Shown here one piece after another: positions 36,729 through 44,958 of a DNA stretch of 44,958 nucleotides (the first letter of the stretch is position 1; each line of letters opens with the position of its first letter). The position numbers and the translations under genes are program-made. Source of the stretch: Bacteroidota bacterium (GTDB lineage Bacteria > Bacteroidota > Bacteroidia > NS11-12g > UBA955). The notes beneath the pieces are model-generated. The model searched no databases, was not told where the DNA came from, and saw only the letters and a program-made list of their open reading frames with translations. The DNA lies in the NCBI GenBank assembly GCA_016868535.1, contig VGGQ01000004.1, forward strand, positions 1-44,958, written 5' to 3'.

Positions 36729-39443
36729 ATGAAGCAGAAATATGCCCTTTTGCTGTTTTTTATGGCCGCCTTCAACTTAAATGCACAGTTTCAGGAGGTC
36801 AAGACCTCCAAAGTTTTATTTAAAAAGATTGAGTATAAGCCATCAGATATGGATCGCAGAGGGGTTTCCAATCCTACTGCATGTAAAACAGATACATCAT
36901 ATTTCGTTCAATATTGCAAGGGCCTTAGGTTTGTTACCATTAGATCAGGCAGTAGTTTAGGTCAGTTTTATGGAGCCCCTCAAGACCTAACCATTTCGGG
37001 TTTCAGATTGTATGCCTTTGCCAATGCAGTGAACCCTGCAAGGCCGGTTTTCATCAAGCTACGCTGTCATTTATACAAAGCCGGTTCTGATTCTCTTCCA
37101 ACAGGTTCTCCCTTGGCCAGTGATACAGTAACGGTAGATACCATCTTGCGGACAGGTTCATTTAGCATAAACGTTGTTCAGTTTGATGCCAAATTCAAAA
37201 ATCCCGTAACGCTTAATTACAGTTACATTCTGGTGGTGGACTGTGATAGCACCACTGTGAGTGCTGCACTGATGACCAGCGACTGGACACAGGGGGACGG
37301 CAGAAAAAGAAATTTAGGATGCGGAAGTGTGAGCGGCAAATGGTATAGAAACCTACAACTGAATATTGGAGGGGTTACATTTGATGCCGATGCTCAGCTG
37401 CTGCCTTTCGTAAAATATAATTTTGGCGCAGATTTCAGCATTACCAATAACTGTTATTCCAACCTGGATACGGTAAGGTTTCAGAATCAGCAGAAATTTA
37501 ATGTGAGTGGGCACCCATACTACAATTACTACAACTTCGCCAACTTCCCTCAATTTTCGCATCGCTGGTCTTATGACGGAAGTTTTGGGAGTAACTACAG
37601 TGTGGAAGGAAAATACAAGCCCACGACCAAAAAAAACTTTAAGGTACAGCTAATTTCAATGGTCTATCAATACAGGTCCGGAACCTGCTATGATACGGCG
37701 GTAAAGACTGTATACTTCAAGCCCTCCAGCCCTGCACTGAAGAGGGCTGCAAACTTGTGCCGGGGTGATACAACAACCATAGATGTATCTTCAGATGCGG
37801 GTGTTACCATTAAGTGGTATCGAAAACTTGGTGATACTGCCTTTTATACCGGCAGCAGTTACCCCATCATCAATGCACAGAAAAATGATTCATTCTGGGT
37901 TAGGGCTGAAAACGGGCCTTGTAATTCAGGTTACGTAAAAATTTATTTGAATGTCAATGATTATCCGGATAAACCTACTGTAAAGGATGCCTACGTTTGT
38001 CAGGGCGCTGCGGCCAATCTGCAGGCTTCAACCAATATCGGGCTGATAAACTGGTACACTGCATCAACAGGAGGTAGAAGCCTGTTAACAGGTACAGTAT
38101 ACCAGACGGCTCCACTTTTCAATGATACTGTACTTTTCGCTGAAGCCAACAACAATGGATGCCTTAATAAAGGTGGCCGTATTAAGGTAACGGCTTTTGT
38201 GAGCAACAATTATGCACCCCAGAAACCAACAGTGGTGGCGGATACCTTTACGTGTTTCAGTGCGGGTAAATCATTCACCCTGGGTGCTTCCGGAAACGAC
38301 ACCATTCGTTGGTACAGCCAGCCCACAGGTGGCACACCCATTGCTTTTGGGAAGAATTATACTTTTGTTCCCTCGGGACGGGGAACCTACGATTATTTTG
38401 TGGAGGTATGGAATGGAACCTGCGCTAGCAGCCGCGAATCTACCACATTACACGTATATCAGCCACCTGCTGTTTCGGGCAAGACCAATCCTACTGTCTG
38501 CGCCGGTGATTCAGTATTATTTAACATTAGCATTCCCTGGGGAAGTTTGAATTGGTATGGGAAAACAGATTTACTTAATCCTATCTACGTTGGCACAAAA
38601 CCTGTTTTTCAAAACCTGCAATCAAATACCACTTACTACCTGAAATCAGCTGAGGAACAATGCATTGCATCCAACTTCGATAGTGTGAAGGTTACTGTAA
38701 ATGTGCCACCAGTTCCTTCATTGGTAAAGTCAGATCCGGTATGTTCAAAAGGAGCAGGCCTGTTTCAGGTAAATGTGACCGGTGGCAATGTTTGGTGGTA
38801 TTATGAAGATACCTCCTCCACCTCCTTTTTCAAGGGTAGCCAAATTACAACAGGACCGCTCTTGTCCCCCATGACCTACTACTACGCAACCGAGAAAAAC
38901 GGATGTTATAGTGTACGCAAACCTCTTACCATTGCCATTAAACCTCGTCCTACTGCTGGCTTTACCTGGCAGCTTCGCTGGCAGAGAACATTGGTTTGTA
39001 CACCCATAACCACAGCAGGACTAACATTTGAGTGGAACTGGGGTGATGGTAGTAAAACCAATGGTTTACCCGGAACGCATCAGTACGCGAATGAAGGCAA
39101 TTACACCGTAAAACTGGTGGTAACCGGCAACAGCAACGGCTGTAAGGATACTGCCGATATTCCCGTATTGATCAGTCATGTAGGTACTTCCAAATTGGCA
39201 AAGACAAATGTTAATGCCTATCCGGTTCCTGTAAAAGCTGGCTCAGACTGGTTTGTAAGCGTGCCTTCAGGTAAGACTTACAACTATATGATCTTTTCAG
39301 TATCAGGAAACGTCTGCTCTGGCGGACAAACTGCTGACGGGCGTATCCGCATTCCGGCAGGAGTGACTGCGGGAATGTATTTTGTGAAGCTTTACAATGG
39401 CGGAGAGTCGCTCTCGGCCAAAATGCTGGTCACCGAACCCTGA
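36729..39443 (+). CDS. Secreted Ig-like (CHU-type)/PKD repeat protein with T9SS CTD
   Basis: Signal peptide; repeated WY....GG / YY.E modules; WNWGDG PKD; AYPVP..GMYFVK. Confidence 0.9.
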   Translation: MKQKYALLLFFMAAFNLNAQFQEVKTSKVLFKKIEYKPSDMDRRGVSNPTACKTDTSYFVQYCKGLRFVTIRSGSSLGQFYGAPQDLTISGFRLYAFANAVNPARPVFIKLRCHLYKAGSDSLPTGSPLASDTVTVDTILRTGSFSINVVQFDAKFKNPVTLNYSYILVVDCDSTTVSAALMTSDWTQGDGRKRNLGCGSVSGKWYRNLQLNIGGVTFDADAQLLPFVKYNFGADFSITNNCYSNLDTVRFQNQQKFNVSGHPYYNYYNFANFPQFSHRWSYDGSFGSNYSVEGKYKPTTKKNFKVQLISMVYQYRSGTCYDTAVKTVYFKPSSPALKRAANLCRGDTTTIDVSSDAGVTIKWYRKLGDTAFYTGSSYPIINAQKNDSFWVRAENGPCNSGYVKIYLNVNDYPDKPTVKDAYVCQGAAANLQASTNIGLINWYTASTGGRSLLTGTVYQTAPLFNDTVLFAEANNNGCLNKGGRIKVTAFVSNNYAPQKPTVVADTFTCFSAGKSFTLGASGNDTIRWYSQPTGGTPIAFGKNYTFVPSGRGTYDYFVEVWNGTCASSRESTTLHVYQPPAVSGKTNPTVCAGDSVLFNISIPWGSLNWYGKTDLLNPIYVGTKPVFQNLQSNTTYYLKSAEEQCIASNFDSVKVTVNVPPVPSLVKSDPVCSKGAGLFQVNVTGGNVWWYYEDTSSTSFFKGSQITTGPLLSPMTYYYATEKNGCYSVRKPLTIAIKPRPTAGFTWQLRWQRTLVCTPITTAGLTFEWNWGDGSKTNGLPGTHQYANEGNYTVKLVVTGNSNGCKDTADIPVLISHVGTSKLAKTNVNAYPVPVKAGSDWFVSVPSGKTYNYMIFSVSGNVCSGGQTADGRIRIPAGVTAGMYFVKLYNGGESLSAKMLVTEP

Positions 39444-39458
39444 TATTAAATAGGGAAG

Positions 39459-40889
39459 ATGGAGCTCAAAGGTAAAGATGCAGGGCACTTAGCTGAGCAG
39501 ATTTATTCCCTTTTATTGTTGTTATTGTCTTTTTGGGTACTATGTTACCGGTTGGATGCGCTTCCTATGTATCTGTGGGACGAAAGCAGGCAGGCCAACA
39601 ATGCTTTGGAAATGCTGGAATCAGGCAATCTTCGGTATACTACATTCGATGGAGCACCTGATTTTTGGAATACCAAACCGCATTTGCTTATTTTATTTCA
39701 ATGGATCTGCATGAAGCTGCTGGGCCCAGGATTACTGGCTATTCGCCTGCCATCTGCTATTGCAGGTTGTATGATTCTCTGGGCGGGTTTTGCATACCTA
39801 AAAAAACGATTTGGTTTTATCCCTGCCGCTGCCTGGATTGCCGTTATGCTTGGCTGTGGCGGATTTAATACCTATCATGTGGTAAGAACGGGTGATTATG
39901 ATGCCTTGCTAACATTATTTATATTTTTGACCTCGCTTTCCTGGCTGAATTATCTTGAAAACCCTAAGGCTGAAAAATTTTTAAAATATACAGCCATATG
40001 GTTTTCGGCAGCCCTTCTAACCAAAGGTGTTGCGGCGGCTATGTGGCTTCCTTGCTGGCTTGCCATGGGATTTGTAATAAAACCCCGTGCAGAGTTAACA
40101 ATGAGAAGCATTGCATTGGTTTCGCTCATTCCCGTGTCATCCGTTATTATGTATTATGGGCTGCACGAATGGCATACCCCCGGTTATTTACAAGCTGTTT
40201 TGGATAATGAATTTTCAGGCCGTTATCTGAAGCCTAACGAAGGGCACGATTCTAAATGGTATTATTACACAGAGATATTGTGGAGTCAATACTCTACAGG
40301 TTTTTTTGTACTGTTGTTTATGACCGGATTTATCCTCAAAAAAGAGAGATTTAAAACAGTTCATAACCGGTTATTGATTGGCATTCTTCTCTTTCTAATC
40401 ATTGTCAGTTTGTCGGCTACCCGTATTTACTGGTATTTGGCGCCTGCTATACCGCTTATGGCCATGTGTGTTGTTATGCCATTATGCGAAAATTCCCATA
40501 TTCGTTTTCGGATTGTGGGCTTGCTTCTAATTGGAGCCATGGTAGCATTTGGATATTTCGAGAATTTTCATCACAATACAACCAATACTGGTGTTAGCCC
40601 CGCAGCAGTTTTACAGAAAGCTGAAAAAAATGCCAAACTTCCTTTTGAGGCAATCTGGCATGTTGGGCAATATCATCCAATAGAAAAGTATTACAAGACA
40701 GTAATGTCGGAAAAGGGTATTGAATTAAAGACGAGTACTTTCTATAGGTACAACAGCGGAGATACACTGGTCGTGAGCAATATGGCTCATTTAGATACGT
40801 TAAACAGTCGTTTTTTTATGCATCAGCACCACTACCCAACTGACGAAATGCCAGTTTGGGTAATGGTGGTAGACAGCAGCCGTCACTAA
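39459..40889 (+). CDS. ArnT/PMT-family (GT39/GT83-like) glycosyltransferase
   Basis: WDESRQA, TKPHL, RLPSA, LTKG; multi-TM. Confidence 0.88.
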   Translation: MELKGKDAGHLAEQIYSLLLLLLSFWVLCYRLDALPMYLWDESRQANNALEMLESGNLRYTTFDGAPDFWNTKPHLLILFQWICMKLLGPGLLAIRLPSAIAGCMILWAGFAYLKKRFGFIPAAAWIAVMLGCGGFNTYHVVRTGDYDALLTLFIFLTSLSWLNYLENPKAEKFLKYTAIWFSAALLTKGVAAAMWLPCWLAMGFVIKPRAELTMRSIALVSLIPVSSVIMYYGLHEWHTPGYLQAVLDNEFSGRYLKPNEGHDSKWYYYTEILWSQYSTGFFVLLFMTGFILKKERFKTVHNRLLIGILLFLIIVSLSATRIYWYLAPAIPLMAMCVVMPLCENSHIRFRIVGLLLIGAMVAFGYFENFHHNTTNTGVSPAAVLQKAEKNAKLPFEAIWHVGQYHPIEKYYKTVMSEKGIELKTSTFYRYNSGDTLVVSNMAHLDTLNSRFFMHQHHYPTDEMPVWVMVVDSSRH

Positions 40890-41728
40890 AGTTCAAATTC
40901 TCGGCTATGGATGAGGTTCGTATTATCATCTAATACTAAAATTTGGTATTTCCCCTTGCTTAAACCTGCCACGGGAAAAGATATGGGTACATTCTGTTTG
41001 CCGGGTTGCTGAGGTTTGTTTTCCAGCAGGGTTCTTATCAGCATGCCATTAGTATTTTTCACAATAATTGTCACGGAAGTATTGGTGCTTAGTTTGTAGT
41101 CAATTTTTCCGGAAAGGGCCGAAGCTTTATCGGAGAAAACCATCCCCGGTATGCTTTTGTAGCTGATGTAATACCAAGGCATTTCTATGCCGGCCAGATC
41201 GGCTGTCATCCTTCTCAAATCTGTATTTTCCATTTGATTGCCTTCGTGAACACTGCTAAGGTTGTGTTTGTCAGATAATACCCAAATTGAATTCTGCACA
41301 GCATCACTCGTGAAGTTGTTTGTACTGATAAACTGGGCCAGCTTTACCAACGCAGCCGATGCCATGGCCCCCACCCTAAAAGCGTGGTCTTTCGCAGGTG
41401 AACGGTCTTTTTTCTGACAGCAAAAAGCGAATATTTTCCCCAAAAAAGTTTCACCTGCGGCAAGTCTGATGGACTGGTTTTTCACAATAAGCAGATCCTG
41501 GTCTGCCGAGTCTGTGACGGCTTCCAGGCGTCTGCCCGGCTCTACGTCAACAACAATTGCACTAGAGGTCATATTTTTCAATTTAATTTCAATGCAATTC
41601 TCCTGATGTCCGCCCGTCGACCTCAGCAATGCTTTTACCTTACCTGTTTCAATAAGTTTTTTGATAGACTCTGCCGGCAAAGGCAAAGCGGGGATAAGCA
41701 GAAAGGTTAAATAAAGTATATTTTTCAT
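40886..41728 (-). CDS. Secreted hypothetical protein with C-terminal Ig/FlgD-like (CTD-like) module
   Basis: Signal peptide; FAFCC; IVKNTNGMLIRTL..LSKGKY. Confidence 0.75.
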   Translation of the reverse strand: MKNILYLTFLLIPALPLPAESIKKLIETGKVKALLRSTGGHQENCIEIKLKNMTSSAIVVDVEPGRRLEAVTDSADQDLLIVKNQSIRLAAGETFLGKIFAFCCQKKDRSPAKDHAFRVGAMASAALVKLAQFISTNNFTSDAVQNSIWVLSDKHNLSSVHEGNQMENTDLRRMTADLAGIEMPWYYISYKSIPGMVFSDKASALSGKIDYKLSTNTSVTIIVKNTNGMLIRTLLENKPQQPGKQNVPISFPVAGLSKGKYQILVLDDNTNLIHSREFEL

Positions 41729-41836
41729 AATTTTATTTTTGGGTAACGCCTGTTTAGATTGATTTATTGTGCAGCAACTTTGGCGGCGGGGTGGTGTATG
41801 CTGTAAATTTGCCAGCCAAATAATTCTTTCCCGACC

Positions 41837-42853
41837 ATGTTATTGCACAACAGAGTGAACCGGGAGGAGCTTAAGGCGCGTTTGCTGGCTGATAAAAGGC
41901 CATATACCACCATCTCCTTCTACCGCTATTATCCCATTGAAAATCCTGCCCTTTTCAGAAATGAATTCTATATTTTATTGTATAAACTTGGGGTGGTAGG
42001 GCGGATTTATGTGGCTGAAGAAGGCATAAACGCACAGATTGCACTGCCCACTGAAAATGTTCCGGCATTTGAAGCCGCAATCAGCCAAATTGATTTTCTG
42101 CACAACATCCTCTTAAACACTGCCATAGAAGAGTTGCAGATAGGTTTTTACAAACTCGACATAAAGGTAAGGCCCAAGATAGTGGCTGATGGTATTGATG
42201 ACCCGGGTTTTAATCCTGCTGCTACAGGCAATTATCTGGAAGCTGAGCAATGGAACAACATGATTTCAGATCCACAGACGGTTGTAATTGACATGCGCAA
42301 CCATTACGAAAGTGAAGTGGGGCGGTTTGAGAATGCGCGCTGTCCGCAGTCAGATACATTCAGAGATGAGCTGCAGGGTGTAATTGATGAGTTTGCAGAG
42401 GAAAAGGACAAACGTATTCTGATGTATTGCACAGGGGGCATACGTTGCGAAAAAGCAAGTGCCTGGATGAAACACAACGGCTTCAGTGAAGTTTATCACC
42501 TCAAAGGCGGTATTATTCATTATGTAGATCAGGTAAAAGAAAAAGGGCTGGACAATAAGTTTCACGGGGTCAACTTTGTATTCGACCAGCGTCTTCGTGA
42601 ACGGGTAAGTGATGAAGTGATTGCAAACTGCCACCAGTGTGGCAACCCTGCCGACACGCATATAAATTGCGCCAATACAGGATGTCATATTTTGTTTATC
42701 CAATGCAGTGAATGTGCCATCAAGTGGGAGGCCTGCTGTAGTGAGACATGCCGGGATGTGATTAAAATGCCTGGTACGGAGCAAATTGCCTGGAGAAAAA
42801 ACCGACCAAAACCGGCCATTTTTTCGAAAGGCAGGTTACAGTCTCCGCAATAA
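41837..42853 (+). CDS. trhO: Rhodanese-related tRNA uridine(34) hydroxylase (YceA/TrhO)
   Basis: GRIYVAEEGINAQ, DMRNHYE, MYCTGGIRCEKAS, HLKGGI, FVFDQR. Confidence 0.93.
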   Translation: MLLHNRVNREELKARLLADKRPYTTISFYRYYPIENPALFRNEFYILLYKLGVVGRIYVAEEGINAQIALPTENVPAFEAAISQIDFLHNILLNTAIEELQIGFYKLDIKVRPKIVADGIDDPGFNPAATGNYLEAEQWNNMISDPQTVVIDMRNHYESEVGRFENARCPQSDTFRDELQGVIDEFAEEKDKRILMYCTGGIRCEKASAWMKHNGFSEVYHLKGGIIHYVDQVKEKGLDNKFHGVNFVFDQRLRERVSDEVIANCHQCGNPADTHINCANTGCHILFIQCSECAIKWEACCSETCRDVIKMPGTEQIAWRKNRPKPAIFSKGRLQSPQ

Positions 42854-42894
42854 AAATTATAATTGAACGTTTACTTTATTGCACAATACAGACA

Positions 42895-43710
42895 ATGCGG
42901 ATAAAGACACCCTGCGTCCACAATTTATATTCGCGGCCAATTTTAATACATCTTTTGAAATCAAGAAAGAGACACATGATAGAAATGAGTACTTTTAAAA
43001 AGACATTACTTCCGGCAGTCATTCTGTTGGCTGGCTGTTTTCAGACAATATCGGCACAGGGATGGGGCTCCGATTGGGGAAGTACGGGAGTCGCAGATAG
43101 CACTTCCCGCGACACCGCTGCATCATCCGGCGGTGGCTGGGGTGAGGAGCAGGGTTCGCAGGATGCTGCGGTTAAGCCGCGTGTAGTCTACAAACGGTTT
43201 GTGCCTCCTTATGATTCGTTGAGAGAAATTATATATTACTCCGGCGTGGTAGACGATGAAAATTGTGAAACTTGCAGTGCGGATAGTCTTTACTGGCGAG
43301 CAATGCGTTACCTCACAAGACGTTTTGGCAAAGAAAAGATTAAAGACAAAACATGGGTACTTGAGAATGTGGTTGGAAACAAGATTGTAATGAAAATTAC
43401 CACCCCCATGATGATTCAGACCAATAATTTTAATAAAAAACAATCCGGAATGATGGAGTACCGCATGGCTATTCGCTTTCAGGAAAGTCGATACAAATAT
43501 CAGTTTGGAAATTTTGTGCATGTGGAAGTTGAGCGCGGGGCTGAGGCCAGGATGATACGAACCTACCATGAATATTATATGCGGGTGAAAAAAGGCTACC
43601 AGAATACAGATATTTACCTGCTGGCTGCCGACCGGGACGTGAAAGCATTTGTTGATGGGCTCGGAAGAGCTCTGCGCGGTCCTTACCAACCCGACGAGGA
43701 AGACTGGTAG
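42895..43710 (+). CDS. Exported hypothetical protein (DUF4468-like fold possible)
   Basis: Signal peptide after MIEMSTF (true start probably downstream of 42895); IYYSGVVD, IRFQESRYKYQF. Confidence 0.7.
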   Translation: MRIKTPCVHNLYSRPILIHLLKSRKRHMIEMSTFKKTLLPAVILLAGCFQTISAQGWGSDWGSTGVADSTSRDTAASSGGGWGEEQGSQDAAVKPRVVYKRFVPPYDSLREIIYYSGVVDDENCETCSADSLYWRAMRYLTRRFGKEKIKDKTWVLENVVGNKIVMKITTPMMIQTNNFNKKQSGMMEYRMAIRFQESRYKYQFGNFVHVEVERGAEARMIRTYHEYYMRVKKGYQNTDIYLLAADRDVKAFVDGLGRALRGPYQPDEEDW

Positions 43711-43812
43711 GATTTGCTGCCTCCAGAACTTATTTAGCTGCTGAATTGGCCGTTGAATTTTCCCTTTGCTAAAAAAAGTTCGGTTTAACTTGTTTTAGCA
43801 AATGTTCTTGGC

Positions 43813-43820
43813 TATTTTTG
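43813..43820 (+). promoter_or_regulatory. -7 promoter box of the rplM operon
   Basis: TATTTTTG 33 nt before the GTG start. Confidence 0.6.
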
Positions 43821-43853
43821 CAACCCCAAAAATAATAAAAGGAAACGCACAAC

Positions 43854-44297
43854 GTGAATCCGTTAAGTACTTATAAAACTGTTTCGGCCAATAAGGCAAC
43901 TGTCAACAAACACTGGTTTGTTGTGGACGCTGAGGGTCAGAATCTGGGTCGCATGGCATCGAGAATAGCCTTCGTATTGCGCGGCAAGAACAAACCCGAT
44001 TTTACCCCGCACGTAGATTGCGGAGATAACGTAATCGTTATTAATGCCGAGAAGATTCAGCTCTCGGGCAACAAGATGGGTACCAAAGAATACCTGCGCC
44101 ACACCGGTTACCCCGGCGGTCAGCACTCCACTTTGGCCAAGAATGTGAAGCCTGCAAAACTGATTGAAATGGCTGTAAAAGGTATGCTTCCAAAGAACCG
44201 CCTGGCCAGCAGGTTGTTTACAAACCTGTACGTGTATGAAGGAACTGAGCATCCTCACGAAGCGCAAAAACCTAAAAATCTGAAATTCGATATCTGA
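43854..44297 (+). CDS. rplM: 50S ribosomal protein L13
   Basis: WFVVDA..LGRMAS, TPHVDCGD, VKGMLPKN. Confidence 0.98.
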   Translation: MNPLSTYKTVSANKATVNKHWFVVDAEGQNLGRMASRIAFVLRGKNKPDFTPHVDCGDNVIVINAEKIQLSGNKMGTKEYLRHTGYPGGQHSTLAKNVKPAKLIEMAVKGMLPKNRLASRLFTNLYVYEGTEHPHEAQKPKNLKFDI

Positions 44298-44305
44298 GCC
44301 AAACT

Positions 44306-44686
44306 ATGCAAAATACCTCAGGAAGAAGAAAAGCGGCAGTAGCCCGCGTTTATCTCAAAGAAGGAAACGGCACCATTACCATTAACCACCGCAGTTTTGA
44401 AACGTATTTCCCTTTGCCTTGGCACAGGACTGCGATTTCCAGCCCACTAACGGTAATCGATAATGAAGGCAAATTTGATGTGAATGTGAATGTTCGCGGT
44501 GGCGGTATCAGCGGTCAGGCTGAAGCTATCCGTTTGGGTATAGCCAAAGCACTCACCGATTTGAATGCTGAATTTAAACCTGCCCTAAGGGCCGCCGGCT
44601 TCATGACCCGCGACTCTCGTGTGGTAGAACGTAAGAAAAGCGGTCAGAAAAAAGCCCGTAAACGTTTCCAATTCTCTAAGCGTTAA
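44306..44686 (+). CDS. rpsI: 30S ribosomal protein S9
   Basis: [23 protein letters not shown]. Confidence 0.98.
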   Translation: MQNTSGRRKAAVARVYLKEGNGTITINHRSFETYFPLPWHRTAISSPLTVIDNEGKFDVNVNVRGGGISGQAEAIRLGIAKALTDLNAEFKPALRAAGFMTRDSRVVERKKSGQKKARKRFQFSKR

Positions 44687-44694
44687 GAAAAATT

Positions 44695-44958
44695 ATGGCA
44701 TATACCCAACAAGATCTTCTGGATGCCGGTGTTCACTTCGGTCATCTTACCCGCAAGTGGAATCCCAGAATGGCTCCCTATATTTTCATGGAGCAGAATG
44801 GTATCCATATCATCGATTTGAAAAAAACCGAAGCCAAACTGGAGGAAGCTAAAGCCGCTATACGCAATGTTGCCAAGTCAGGCCGCAGAATTCTTTTTGT
44901 TGCTACCAAGAAACAAGCCCAGGAAATCGTGGCTGAGCACGCCAAGCGTGCCAATATG
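44695..44958 (+). CDS. rpsB: 30S ribosomal protein S2 (partial, runs off the window)
   Basis: [24 protein letters not shown]. Confidence 0.97.
   Translation, partial: MAYTQQDLLDAGVHFGHLTRKWNPRMAPYIFMEQNGIHIIDLKKTEAKLEEAKAAIRNVAKSGRRILFVATKKQAQEIVAEHAKRANM

Noticed and set aside
2121-44267. Numerous short ORFs antisense to or overlapping well-supported genes
   Set aside because: Shadow frames with no recognisable motifs.
1-44958. CRISPR array, intact integrase/transposase, reverse transcriptase or DGR
   Set aside because: No regularly spaced repeats and no such catalytic motifs were seen.

Overview
Chromosomal window from a Bacteroidota bacterium (TAnnTTTG -7 promoter boxes, T9SS cargo proteins, THX, rplM-rpsI-rpsB order). 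It has two parts. (1) 1-11260 is a mostly AT-rich mosaic accessory island. It holds a tRNA 3'-end att fragment, a decayed tyrosine-integrase N-terminus, a korC/korA/korB-type 2-oxoacid oxidoreductase operon, several lipoprotein genes and pseudogenes, a GNAT gene and a LamG/T9SS gene. Its right edge truncates a GT2 gene behind wcaF. (2) 11298-44958 is backbone: ABC transporters, a VPS10/BNR protein, recX, ACMSD, ffh, pdxH, THX, fabI, trhO, large PKD/T9SS proteins and ribosomal genes. The main unexplained signal is integron-like cassette architecture inside the island: one complete bulged attC-like hairpin, four attI-like GTTA core sites (two near-identical ~75-bp copies) and a GNAT cassette whose ends match as expected after circular-cassette integration. 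No IntI gene is present in the window. Other candidates are a 14-bp motif at both gene-truncation points, a duplicated 44-bp hairpin motif and a switch-like structured leader. All calls were made by eye; no database searches were run.
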